From assembly GCA_019359415.1 (NCBI GenBank), contig JAHHHH010000023.1, positions 1 to 48,000 of the forward strand: 48,000 nt of DNA. Direction: 5' to 3'. Source of the DNA: Iphinoe sp. HA4291-MV1. Its GTDB lineage: Bacteria; Cyanobacteriota; Cyanobacteriia; Cyanobacteriales; Nostocaceae. The notes under the pieces were generated by a model. It was not told where the DNA came from. It saw nothing but the letters and a program-made list of their open reading frames with translations, and searched no databases. Of the stretch, positions 34,662-44,401 are shown one piece after another. A program made the translations under genes and the position numbers. Each line of letters starts with the position of its first letter. Position 1 is the first letter of the stretch.

Positions 34662-37367
34662 TCAACCTACGCCAGTTTTAAACACACTGACTGATGCTTG
34701 TAATTGCTGTGCGACTTCTACAGTTCGTTGTAAAGATGTTGACACAACACGAGACGAATCAGCAGTGCTTTCTGAAGCTTTGGCAATTTCCTTCATTAAA
34801 AGAGTAACAGTACCAGAAGTTTGAGCTTGAGAGACTGTTGTTAGAGAAATTGACTGCACCAACTCGTCAATTTGACGAGACACTTCTACAATTTTCTCCA
34901 TGCTTTGCTTAACTTCTTGAACAAGCTGAGCGCCTTCCACCACCTGAATTGTTCCCACCTCTATTGCCTGAATGACTGCATCGGTTTCTAAGTGGATATT
35001 TTGTGCAATGTTTTCAATTTCTTGAGCCGCTTGGGATGCTTGCGCTGCTAAGCGACCGACTTCAGCAGCCATGACGATCAAGCCCTGATTTTCTTCACCT
35101 TCTCGGGAGGCTTCAAGACTAGCATTGATGGATAACAAGTTGGTTTGCAATGCAATTTCGTTAATCAAGGTCACAACTGTGGAAATCTTTTGGGATGATT
35201 CACCAAAATGTTTGATCTTTTCAGCCGCTTCAGTAATTGTCTCTTGTAACTTGGAGATGGTAGAAACAGTGCGCTCCATTACTTCACCTGCAGCCAAAGC
35301 TGTATTTGCAGATGCACAAGCAACATCTGCTGCTTGATGAGCACTATTGGCGACTTCTTGAATAGAGAGGTTCATTTGCTCTACTGAATCAATGGTGCGG
35401 GTAATTTCTTCAGCTTGATTGAGTGCTTCATCCGCTAATTGACGAATAGCACTGGAGTTTTTCCCCACAGAAACATTGACCTGTTGGGCAGCTTGTTTCA
35501 CTTGAACCACTATTTGCCGCAGGCTTTCAATAATAGCATTGAAAAAGTCAGCCACGACGCCGATTTGACCAGTTGTCATTTCAGTTCGAGCAGTCAAGTC
35601 GCCTTTTGCGACTTCTTTGATGTCACCTATAAGTTCCATAAGCTGACGTTGGAGGACTTCTTTACTACGTCTTAGTTCCTCTTCTACTTGCTTGTTTTCA
35701 GTAATATCAACTTGCACTCCAATAAAGTTTATCACTTGTCCAGTGACGTCTCGTGATGGAGAAATGCTTAATTTATTCCAGAATGGGGTACCATCTTTAC
35801 GGTAATTCTTAATCACAACGTCACATGCTTGCTCCTGCTGCAATGCATTATGTATCTGCTCGATAGTAGCTGGGTCAGTGTCCGGTCCTTGCAAAAATCG
35901 GCAATTGCGTCCTAACACTTCTTCTTGTGAATAGCCGGTCATTTCTTCAAATGCTGGATTGCAAAAGATGATAGGATTATCCGGCTGACACGGATCGGTC
36001 ATAATAATACCATTGCTGGCTGCAGTAACAGCACGGTCTCGCATCCGCAATACTTCTTGTGCTTCTTGAAGGTCACGCAAAAGATTTGCTTGTTCCAGGG
36101 CGATGCTGACTTGAATGGCTAATTGCTCGAATAAATCAATTTCTGACTTCTGCCAAATTCGAGGTTCAGAACATTGATGACCGCATAATAAGCCCAAAAG
36201 CTGATTATCATATATAATGGGCGCAATCACATTCGCCTTGATTTGAAAGCCTTCAAGGATTTCTCGGTGACAATCTGTAAAATTCGCCTCATGAATGTTG
36301 TTTGTAGCTCGGACTCGACCATTTTTGTACATTTCAATATAATCTTCACCAAACGGAGCAACGACTGTTTTTCTTCCTAGAGTTTTTATCCAACCCTCTG
36401 CTATCGACTCGGCAATGATGGTACCACTCCAGTCAGGATTGAAGCGATAGACGACAACACGGTCTATATTCAGTGCTTTCCTGACTTCACCAACAGCTGT
36501 ATTGAGAACATCGTCCAAATTGAGAGAGCGGCGAATGCGGAGGATAATTTCTGTAAATAGTTGCGATCGCACAGTTTCTGCTTTTTGCTGTTTAAACAAC
36601 ATTACTTGGGTAGCCATTCGCCGATCCATCAAGGAAGTAAACAGCGTGAAACCTAAGATAATGAGTGTAGTAATGCCGATGCTCACAGCTAGCCACGTGA
36701 AGGAAGATTGCATTCCCTGAGACGCGACTGCACCACCAACCGTAGTCCGTCTGAAAGAAGCAGTTGCCATCCCTATGTAGTGTATTCCAGAGATGACAGC
36801 CCCCATGACAAATGCACTCAAAATCTTGCGTCTTATACTGGCTTGACCAATTTGCAAACGTAGCACCAAGGCAATCCACAGCGCGACAATTGACACACAG
36901 ATAGCGATCGCTATAAAAATAATAGACAGCACTGGGTCATACTGAATCGCTGCTTCCATTCGCATTGCCGTCATACCAATGTAGTGCATGGACGCGATGC
37001 CAATGCCCATCAACACACCGCCAATCAACAATTGCTGTATATTTAAGACTGGGAGACTGACAAGAAAAAGTGCACCTGCTGAGGCAACAATAGCAGGCAG
37101 CACAGAGAGTAGCACAGTCAACACGTCATAGCTCATTGGTATCGGTAAACTGAAGGCAAGCATAGCCACAAAGTGCATTGACCAGATACCAATTCCCATG
37201 ACAATCGCACCGCCAATTGTCCATGCACGTTTAGTCCATGCTTGAGCTACCGTTACTCGCTCAGCTAAATCGAGAGCAGTGTACGAAGCAAAAACAGCTA
37301 TCACAATCGAAAGAGCTACAAGAAGTGGATCGTATATACTACTCATCACCACATCTGCCTGAATCAT
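34662..37367 (-). CDS. Methyl-accepting chemotaxis-type transducer with MHYT, GAF and PAS sensor domains
   Basis: The N-terminal membrane region has three MHYT-type motifs (WSMHFVAM, ASMHYIGM, SGIHYIGM). A GAF-like region follows (RVVVYRFNPDWSGTIIAESI...LLGLLCGHQC), then PAS (IIFCNPAFEEMTGYSQEEVLGRNCRFLQG), then HAMP-like and MCP signalling heptads (ALQTNLLSINASLEASREGE). An alternative start is ATG 37346. Confidence 0.8.
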   Translation of the reverse strand: MIQADVVMSSIYDPLLVALSIVIAVFASYTALDLAERVTVAQAWTKRAWTIGGAIVMGIGIWSMHFVAMLAFSLPIPMSYDVLTVLLSVLPAIVASAGALFLVSLPVLNIQQLLIGGVLMGIGIASMHYIGMTAMRMEAAIQYDPVLSIIFIAIAICVSIVALWIALVLRLQIGQASIRRKILSAFVMGAVISGIHYIGMATASFRRTTVGGAVASQGMQSSFTWLAVSIGITTLIILGFTLFTSLMDRRMATQVMLFKQQKAETVRSQLFTEIILRIRRSLNLDDVLNTAVGEVRKALNIDRVVVYRFNPDWSGTIIAESIAEGWIKTLGRKTVVAPFGEDYIEMYKNGRVRATNNIHEANFTDCHREILEGFQIKANVIAPIIYDNQLLGLLCGHQCSEPRIWQKSEIDLFEQLAIQVSIALEQANLLRDLQEAQEVLRMRDRAVTAASNGIIMTDPCQPDNPIIFCNPAFEEMTGYSQEEVLGRNCRFLQGPDTDPATIEQIHNALQQEQACDVVIKNYRKDGTPFWNKLSISPSRDVTGQVINFIGVQVDITENKQVEEELRRSKEVLQRQLMELIGDIKEVAKGDLTARTEMTTGQIGVVADFFNAIIESLRQIVVQVKQAAQQVNVSVGKNSSAIRQLADEALNQAEEITRTIDSVEQMNLSIQEVANSAHQAADVACASANTALAAGEVMERTVSTISKLQETITEAAEKIKHFGESSQKISTVVTLINEIALQTNLLSINASLEASREGEENQGLIVMAAEVGRLAAQASQAAQEIENIAQNIHLETDAVIQAIEVGTIQVVEGAQLVQEVKQSMEKIVEVSRQIDELVQSISLTTVSQAQTSGTVTLLMKEIAKASESTADSSRVVSTSLQRTVEVAQQLQASVSVFKTGVG

Positions 37368-37772
37368 CTAAGTTAACCTCGCTCTAGATATTAAACAGGA
37401 AATAAAATATAAGTATTCTTGCAACTCCCCTTAAGAGGAGTACACCCATAAGTTAGAAAAATCTTGACCTATAAGCTCGGTAGACGTATTTACACCTTAC
37501 AGTGCGGATGAAAATGGCAGATGCAGAGAGTCTCAATCAAGCTCAAGCTTATGAGACAGTACGATGATTTTTTACTACCAAAATGCACTTTTTACATCTT
37601 TCTTTAGTAAGAAAAATTAAAACCGATTTAGCTGCAAAAGTAAAGTTTTTGCCTAAGCATTTTATAATTCTAAATATTTAAATAGAGTAAAGTATAATAT
37701 TTTACTAAAAATCAGATTTTTACGACTACTCTTAACTAGCAGATAGCTGCTTGTTTGTGTCAGAAGAGCCGA

Positions 37773-38426
37773 TCATACTTGATTATTTACTAGCTTCTGA
37801 ATCACAATTTCAATACGACGGTTCCTTTGTCGTCCTGCTGGGTTATCTGAACTGTCAGATTTTTTATTTGGTGCTATAGGTTGGGCTTCTCCATAACCTT
37901 CTTTCGATATAAAAGATATGTCTATACCACCTTTTTCACTTAGCCACCTTTGCACTGCTGCTACCCATTGCTCTGACAATACTAGATTGTTATCTTCTTT
38001 GCCGCTAGAGTCAGTATGTCCTAAGATTTGTAACCAAGTATTAGGATAATGATTATTGATTGCCTGACTGACCTGACGCAACATTTTCTCTGCATCTGGA
38101 CGAATCATATCCTTATTAGAGTCAAATAGGATATCTGCTGGCAGGGTGATAATAGCTAAATATTCATTTTCCTGAACTCGAATTTGCGAGGAAGTAATCT
38201 CAGGTAACTTTCTTTCCGGATAAGTGTTATGGGGAAATTTAACGCTGGGAGTTTGGACTTTTAAAAAGTGTGCCTTCAGTGTATACACTTCCGGAAATTC
38301 GGCTGGCGATAATTGAAGCTTTTGGAAGTTAGTTTCGTCTTTAGCTGTAATATGGTATAGAATACCACAAGCTATAAGAGCCAGAGTCGTAAGCACTAGG
38401 TAAATGTTGAGACGAGGTAAGTACAT
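37773..38426 (-). CDS. OmpA/MotB-family peptidoglycan-binding protein with an N-terminal membrane anchor
   Basis: C-terminal LQILGHTDSSGKEDNNLVLSEQWVAAVQRWL...GYGEAQPIAPN...GRQRNRRIEIVI is the OmpA_C-like signature. An N-terminal TM helix is present. Confidence 0.75.
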   Translation of the reverse strand: MYLPRLNIYLVLTTLALIACGILYHITAKDETNFQKLQLSPAEFPEVYTLKAHFLKVQTPSVKFPHNTYPERKLPEITSSQIRVQENEYLAIITLPADILFDSNKDMIRPDAEKMLRQVSQAINNHYPNTWLQILGHTDSSGKEDNNLVLSEQWVAAVQRWLSEKGGIDISFISKEGYGEAQPIAPNKKSDSSDNPAGRQRNRRIEIVIQKLVNNQV

Positions 38427-38561
38427 TTTCTGAATCTCACGAATCCAGATATCCGTATACTACTATACGTCAGAATAATCAACAAATGCTTCTTTCTTAA
38501 GTTATAAGTATTTTTTGTTATTATGGACACTTTGTTTTGTCATTAAAAACTCAATAACTCT

Positions 38562-39344
38562 TTATGAATTATTTATCAATTTGGTTCCACAATTCTTGCA
38601 GAATTTAGCATCTGTATCATGAAAAGACAAACTACATCCAGAACAAACCGTTTCCACTTGATTTGCAGTTTTGACTAATCTCTTTATCAAATCACCTACT
38701 TGCCAAGGAATGAGGGCAATACCTGTTAAAATCATCAATACTGTTAGCAAGCGACCTAATTCAGAAGTTGGAGTCACATCACCGAAACCAACAGTGGTCA
38801 TAGTTACTATAGAAAAATAAAAGGCATCCAAAAAAGTAGCAAAATTTTCTGAGTTAACAGGATGCTCCACTTGATAAATTAAACCAGAATATATAAAAAT
38901 AATGGCAAACAATGTGAATAATATTCTTGCAGAAATTAAACTATCTTCTTTACTAACACCAAACAAAGAATTTTTATTGATAAACCTGATTAAACGTAAA
39001 ATTCGGAACCATCGTAGTAATCGAATAAAGCTGATATCAACGACACCCAAGAAAAATGGTAGAACTGCTATTAAATCAATAATAGAATAAAAACTAAAAA
39101 GATACTTAATTTTATTTTCTTCACTCCATATACGGAGTAAATACTCTACAGCAAAAACGAGTAATATTACTGTATCTATCGAATCTAAAAGAAACCGTAC
39201 ACTATCAGAAATATTATAGGTTTGTGCAACAAAAATAACTGACGATAGTAAAACCAGAGCAGCAATGGTTAAATTGATGAATTTACCTATTGGTGTCTCT
39301 AAGTCTTTCAAATAAAATGCTGTTTTTTCTCTGCTAAGTAACAT
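38562..39344 (-). CDS. Potassium channel (ion_trans-type, TVGFGD filter) with a C-terminal zinc-ribbon
   Basis: Selectivity filter TTVGFGD. S4-like segment RLLRWFRILRLIRF. C-terminal CSGC...17 aa...CKNC motif. Confidence 0.8.
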   Translation of the reverse strand: MLLSREKTAFYLKDLETPIGKFINLTIAALVLLSSVIFVAQTYNISDSVRFLLDSIDTVILLVFAVEYLLRIWSEENKIKYLFSFYSIIDLIAVLPFFLGVVDISFIRLLRWFRILRLIRFINKNSLFGVSKEDSLISARILFTLFAIIFIYSGLIYQVEHPVNSENFATFLDAFYFSIVTMTTVGFGDVTPTSELGRLLTVLMILTGIALIPWQVGDLIKRLVKTANQVETVCSGCSLSFHDTDAKFCKNCGTKLINNS

Positions 39345-39512
39345 AATTTACAGAAGTCACGTCTAACAAATTTAGCAAGCAGACAGTGCTGAGTCATGAG
39401 TAGGAAGAAACGACACAGTTTATTGTGAATCTAAAGACTAGCTTAGCAACAGAAAAACCTTTATTCAGTACTCATGACTTTTGAACGCGTTACCATAAGA
39501 TATACTACATTC

Positions 39513-39604
39513 CAATACTGCTCGGATAAGCAAAAATTAGAAACCCGGTTTCTTTAAGAAACCGGGTTTCTGGCACCTCAACTATTCTTAACCGAGCAGT
39601 ATTG
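39513..39604. mobile_element. 92-bp MITE with 13-bp perfect terminal inverted repeats and a 10-bp target-site duplication
   Basis: The TIRs are caatactgctcgg (39513-39525) and ccgagcagtattg (39592-39604). The flanking direct repeats are tactacattc at 39503-39512 and 39605-39614. Internally there is a hairpin, agaaacccggtttct-ttaa-gaaaccgggtttct. Confidence 0.8.
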
Positions 39605-39648
39605 TACTACATTCTTGAAAATTCTAACTTTTAACTCCCAAGCTGATT

Positions 39649-40074
39649 ATGAACCCAGAAAATTTTATGCGTCTGGCGCTGGAAGAAGCAAAAAAAGGAG
39701 ATGCGCCATATGGTGCTGTGATTGTCAAAAATAACCAAGTCGTTGCCCTAGCTCATAATACTGTGAAGCGAGACAATGACCCTTCTGCCCATGCAGAAAT
39801 TAATGTCATTCGCCGTTTAACCGCTCAACTTCAAAACCCTTCTTTGGAAGGTTATACCATATATACCACTGGTGAACCTTGTCCGATGTGTGCATCTGCT
39901 TGCATTTGGACGGGTATATCAGAAATTGTATACGGTGCTTCTGTTAAAGATTTAGTTTCAGTTAATCAATCTCAGATTCACATATCATGTGAAGAGGTTA
40001 TTGTTAAGAGTTTTAGAAAAATCAAGGTAACAAGAGGCGTTTTAAGAGAAGAGTGCATAAAATTATTTAAGTAA
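39649..40074 (+). CDS. CMP/dCMP-type zinc deaminase (nucleoside/guanine/tRNA-adenosine deaminase family)
   Basis: HAEINVI and PCPMCASAC zinc-binding motifs; 141 aa. Confidence 0.8.
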   Translation: MNPENFMRLALEEAKKGDAPYGAVIVKNNQVVALAHNTVKRDNDPSAHAEINVIRRLTAQLQNPSLEGYTIYTTGEPCPMCASACIWTGISEIVYGASVKDLVSVNQSQIHISCEEVIVKSFRKIKVTRGVLREECIKLFK

Positions 40075-40084
40075 CTTTTAATTT

Positions 40085-40756
40085 CTACCCAAGATTATTT
40101 AAATAGGGTAAAAAAGAATTAGCAAAAATAGCAGCTTGGGTACGATCGCGTAAGTCTAGACGATTCAATATATTTGTGACATGATTCTTCACTGTCCCTT
40201 CAGAAATATAAAGTTGTTGTGCAATTTCTCTGTTATTTGCACCTGTAGCAATTAATCGCAAAACATCTTTTTCTCTGGGAGTTAATTCAGCCAAGCTAGG
40301 TGGCAAACATGGTGCCTGAGTTGATGTGATGCTGGAAAATTGAGTGAAAAGTTTTTTAACTATCCCTGGTCCTAATTGAGTATATCCTTTGTTAACAGCA
40401 CGAATAGCAACAGCCAACTCTTCAGAGGGTGTATCTTTTAGTAAATAACCCATTGCTCCATGTTGTAATGCTGCCTTTACATACTCATCATCATCAAAAG
40501 TTGTCAGCACTAAAACTTTAGTATTGGGAAAATGCTTGTGAATTTCCCGAGTTGCTGCAACGCCATCCATAACAGACATTCTAATATCCATGAGTACCAC
40601 ATCTGGATATAATTGTTCAATTAAATGAATTGCAATTTCTCCATTTTCCGCCTCTCCCACGATTTCTAAATCCTGTTCTAATTCCAATAATGCTTTTAAT
40701 CCTTGACGAATTAAACTTTGGTCATCTACAAGTAAGACTTTAATCATGTTAGTCAT
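40085..40756 (-). CDS. NarL/LuxR-family response regulator (REC + HTH)
   Basis: Receiver domain (VLLVDDQ...DVVLMDIRM...) and C-terminal LuxR HTH ([40 protein letters not shown]). Confidence 0.9.
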   Translation of the reverse strand: MTNMIKVLLVDDQSLIRQGLKALLELEQDLEIVGEAENGEIAIHLIEQLYPDVVLMDIRMSVMDGVAATREIHKHFPNTKVLVLTTFDDDEYVKAALQHGAMGYLLKDTPSEELAVAIRAVNKGYTQLGPGIVKKLFTQFSSITSTQAPCLPPSLAELTPREKDVLRLIATGANNREIAQQLYISEGTVKNHVTNILNRLDLRDRTQAAIFANSFLPYLNNLG

Positions 40757-40831
40757 TAGTCATTAGTCACTATAAAAGTAGCTAGATTCTAAGTAGCCCT
40801 CATAAACTTGGGCATTGGGCAAAACAATTAA

Positions 40832-40942
40832 AAATTCAAAATTCAAAATTCAAAATTCAAAATTCAAAATTCAAAATTCAAAATTAAGAATCTAATTCCC
40901 AGTTCCCAATGCCCAATGCCCATTGCCCCTTGCCCCATTCCC
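40832..40942. repeat. Two adjacent tandem heptamer arrays (AAATTCA x7-8, then AATTCCC/ATTGCCC-type x7)
   Basis: Perfect aaattca units run from 40832 to 40880 with a variant unit to 40887. From 40894 to 40942 the units are aattccc agttccc aatgccc aatgccc attgccc cttgccc cattccc. The arrays lie between the histidine kinase and response regulator genes. Confidence 0.9.
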
Positions 40943-40961
40943 TATTTTCAAGATAGGGAAA

Positions 40962-42173
40962 TTAGTTAGCGGTAACTTTAGGTAAAGGAATAGAAGCTGT
41001 CATTGTGCAACCAGAACCAGGAGCGCTGTTAATATCAAAATGACCATCAAGTGCTAAAGTGCGATCGCGCATACTTTGAAGTCCAAAACCAGTGGTATTT
41101 TGTGTTAAATCAAACCCTATACCATTGTCCTCAACTTTTAACTGCACACTCATTTGAGTCATGGTTATTTCCAGTTTAACTTCTGTAGCTTGTGCATACT
41201 TACAGATATTTGTAAATGATTCTTGGACAATGCGGTAGATAGCAGTACTAATTTCAACTGGGATAGGGTGAGATAAGTGAATTTGACAAATTGGTGCGAC
41301 ATCAGTTGAACGCTGAATATTTTCTGCAAGTCCAGCGATCGCCTGTTCTAAGGGTTGTTCCTGTAAGGGATGAGAACGCATCGTAGATACTGAGTGACGA
41401 ACATCTTGTAGCGCCTTAGAACCTAACTCTTTTGCTTTTGTCAAGAAAGTTTGTGCTTTTGTTGGATGAGATTGCCAAAGTTTCAATGCAGTTTCTAATT
41501 GTAAATTCAAAGCTGTGAGAGAGTGTCCTAATGAATCATGTATTTCACGAGCAATGCGGTTACGTTCTTCAAGAGTGGCTTGATTTTCAATTCGTAAAGC
41601 ATATTGACGGAGTTTTTCATTAGCAATGGCTAGTTTATCTCGACTTTGTCGCTCAGATAAAACTGCATTCATCAACAGCAAAACAAACAATAAAGCTAAT
41701 CCGAATACCAGGACAAAGCTTAAAGTAAAAAACCAAAAACGCTCTTGTGCTAAAGGTGAGAGTGGTATGTGTGCAAAACGACGTCTCAGTGTTAGCAAAA
41801 ATAAAATAAATGATAAACCTGTGACTACTAAGCGACCTGGCAATTGAAAAATTAAACAACTGCGAATTACTAAAATAAGGTAAAGAAAAGGAAAAAGTCG
41901 AGCAGTTCTTCCTCCAAAAAATCCAGTGATTAAAATTAGGAATATTTCGGTACCAGTGAAAAGTACTTTAGTTATATAATCACGAGTTGGTAATTTTAAG
42001 CCCATTAAGCCAAAAAGCACCAAACTACAAATTGTCAATTCAGGAAATTTAGTCTGAAATCGATATGGGTGAAATGGTAGGGCAGCGGTAAAAGCAGCAA
42101 AAGCTAGCAATATCCACTCTAGATATAGTAGAAACCGAAAAGGATGATTGTGGAATTGAATCGAACGGCTCAC
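40962..42173 (-). CDS. Membrane sensor histidine kinase, HisKA_3 (NarX/DegS-like) type
   Basis: An N-terminal multi-TM region is followed by the H-box ERNRIAREIHDSLGHSLTAL and a HATPase_c region (VEDNGIGF...GFGLQSMRDR). Confidence 0.85.
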   Translation of the reverse strand: MSRSIQFHNHPFRFLLYLEWILLAFAAFTAALPFHPYRFQTKFPELTICSLVLFGLMGLKLPTRDYITKVLFTGTEIFLILITGFFGGRTARLFPFLYLILVIRSCLIFQLPGRLVVTGLSFILFLLTLRRRFAHIPLSPLAQERFWFFTLSFVLVFGLALLFVLLLMNAVLSERQSRDKLAIANEKLRQYALRIENQATLEERNRIAREIHDSLGHSLTALNLQLETALKLWQSHPTKAQTFLTKAKELGSKALQDVRHSVSTMRSHPLQEQPLEQAIAGLAENIQRSTDVAPICQIHLSHPIPVEISTAIYRIVQESFTNICKYAQATEVKLEITMTQMSVQLKVEDNGIGFDLTQNTTGFGLQSMRDRTLALDGHFDINSAPGSGCTMTASIPLPKVTAN

Positions 42174-42401
42174 AAAAATATACTCAAATTCAACTAGTTT
42201 TTATAGTAAAACTAAAAATCAATACTGTTTAGTTAAAGATCGTTGTCAGAATACCTTGTTCCCCGATGACTGAATCGGTGTTCTAGTCTATGACTAAAGT
42301 CATGGGTCTATTCGTGACTTTCTCCTCATGTAACCTTTAGAATGAATTTTTATGATGGTTATGATGGTTGTATCAAGCAGGAAAAACACGGGAGAGACTT
42401 G

Positions 42402-42851
42402 ATGAAACTCAAAAACTTATCACTGATTTGTGGAGCGATCGCCCTTGGTTTAACTGCAGCAACCTCCTTCGCCGTTAAAGCAGAGGCAAACTCCTCTTTA
42501 CCCTTAGTTGTGGCACAATCTCAGGAAAAAGGGGCATCACTTCAACGTTTGGGACTAACGGATGAACAAAAAACCAAAATAAAAGAAATCCGTCGCAGTA
42601 CTCGCGCCGAAGTTGACAAAATTCTTACCGAACAACAACGGAAACAGCTAAAAACCGTCATGCGAAACCGCGAGGCAGGGCGACGTGCATTTGATTCTTT
42701 GAATCTTTCTGATGATCAAAAAAACCAACTACGGCAAGTCATGCAGTCACAGAAAACGCAAATTGAAGCAGTTCTGACTACGGAGCAAAAAGAGCAACTG
42801 CAAAAATACCGTGACCAAATGCGTGCTCGTCGTCAACAACGCAATATGTAG
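42402..42851 (+). CDS. Secreted LTXXQ-motif protein (Spy/CpxP family-like periplasmic chaperone/sensor accessory)
   Basis: Signal peptide MKLKNLSLICGAIALGLTAATSFAVKAEA. Repeated LTDEQKTKIKEI / LTEQQRKQL / LSDDQKNQLRQV / LTTEQKEQLQKY motifs. I chose the start at ATG 42402, which has GGGAGAG upstream. Confidence 0.65.
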   Translation: MKLKNLSLICGAIALGLTAATSFAVKAEANSSLPLVVAQSQEKGASLQRLGLTDEQKTKIKEIRRSTRAEVDKILTEQQRKQLKTVMRNREAGRRAFDSLNLSDDQKNQLRQVMQSQKTQIEAVLTTEQKEQLQKYRDQMRARRQQRNM

Positions 42852-43017
42852 TTTATCATCAGCGCTCTTAATTTGAGCTATGTGAGTTGCGATATGTATT
42901 GCGCTTTCCAGATCTAGGTTAGGTAGCAGATACCTGTCTGGGGGTAATAAGCAAAGCGTAGTTTTCTTAACCTGTCATGAATCGTGAAGCGAGAGTTGGC
43001 GTTGCTCATATCTAAGC

Positions 43018-43682
43018 TTACGAAGATGTTACAACGCTTCTCTCCTCCCCAAAAAAAATTTGGTAGTGTCTTTGGTCAAGGTCAGCAATATTAAATAAAG
43101 TTAAAAAATCAATAGTTTTAAATTGCCTATCTATTGCAGGAAGACTACATATTTTAGTTCCCATTCGCAAATACAATCGAAAAAGATTGGGAATATCAAC
43201 ATTAGCTCCATCTATAGGATTCCTATTTGATTTTTGCTCAGCTAGGTACACCTTTATTCCTTCTTAAGAGTTCCCTGTTAAGAGTTCCCTGTTCCCTCCC
43301 CCTACGAGTTAGTTCACCAAATCAAACCGGATTCCTATAGAAAATCTTGTGAGATTTCACATTCATATTGAGAGTGTGGTTTAACGTGAATTATCGGATG
43401 CACTAATTGTGCTGATTGAAAATAATGATAGGCACAAGCTGCTTGCTTTAGTTCTTGTGTTAGGAGAGATGAGCATCCAAATAAATACTGCTTTTCACTG
43501 AAAACTAGATAGTTAGCCAGTCCTTTCCACAGTAAAAATAAAGACCGACTATTCCGGTATTTTTCAGCTATGCAGGCACGTCCAATTTCCACCGCTGACT
43601 GAAGCACAGTATCGGGGATACCATTTAGATTAAAAAGCTGCCTAGAGTAAAAACCAAAACTTTGCACTGGTTGTAGGGACAT
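43018..43682 (-). pseudogene. Decayed GNAT-family N-acyltransferase (Acetyltransf_5 / OlsB-like)
   Basis: Two ORF fragments (43335-43682 and 43018-43251) carry consecutive parts of the family (VEIGRACIAEKYRNSRSLFLLWKGLANYL...YLFGCSSL, then LFRLYLRMGTKICSLPAIDRQFKTIDFLTLF). They are separated by an out-of-frame gap containing the duplicated 14-mer taagagttccctgt. About 100 N-terminal residues of the family are missing. Confidence 0.55.
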
Positions 43683-43857
43683 AGTTACTGTTATTATCTT
43701 CTATCATAGGTATAGAAACAGCACAGTTTGTATTTGGCAGGCTTTCATTACGTAAACACCTATAAAACAAAGCTTTGAGCCGCACCTGTCTTACGATGAC
43801 AGGACAAATAACTGCTATGAATTGGTTCGTGGGAGACTGGTTTTAAGGAGAATACTC

Positions 43858-44307
43858 ATGAATAATAAGGTTTTTTTGATAAATATGCTGTCCTCTCATC
43901 CCGCAAAAGTCTTCAAGTTCTTGATATTCGCCGTGACAGTATTAGGAGTCAGTTTTTTAACGCCTCAAGGGGCTGCTGAGGCACAAAGTCATTCCACTTC
44001 TACTCCTGGTGTAGGCAACATTCTCAACTATCCTTCTGGAACAAGCATTAATCAGAATGGTGTCATTAACACACCAAATGGAAGTACGATTCCTCCTGCT
44101 GCGACAATCAATAATGGCAACGGCACTACTACTTACTATTATCAGAATGGAACACACATTAACATCAATAGCAATACAGTTAGCCCACAAGGAGCTGTGC
44201 TCACACCCGGAAGCTTGAATGGAGGGTTGAACCCTACACCAGAAAACCCGAACAGAGGTCTTTTGCTCACGCCAGGAAGCTCGAATGGAACGTTGAACAA
44301 TCGTTAG
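43858..44307 (+). CDS. Hypothetical secreted low-complexity (Asn/Gly/Thr/Pro-rich) protein
   Basis: ATG 43858 has AAGGAG 7 nt upstream. There is a hydrophobic signal-like segment ending AAEAQ. No recognisable domain. Confidence 0.45.
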   Translation: MNNKVFLINMLSSHPAKVFKFLIFAVTVLGVSFLTPQGAAEAQSHSTSTPGVGNILNYPSGTSINQNGVINTPNGSTIPPAATINNGNGTTTYYYQNGTHININSNTVSPQGAVLTPGSLNGGLNPTPENPNRGLLLTPGSSNGTLNNR

Positions 44308-44401
44308 CTACTTCACCAAAGAGATTTTAGTTCAACTTGCAATCTATTTTGCTGTCCTGCTTCATCGTTTATCTTGAAAGCAGGTGATCACTTTTTTCAG
44401 C

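Noticed and set aside
33032-34681. Plus-strand ORFs (60-111 aa) inside the HEAT-NTPase gene, and similar ones inside the MCP gene (35125..36720).
   Set aside because: They are antisense to well-supported long CDSs and have no independent evidence.
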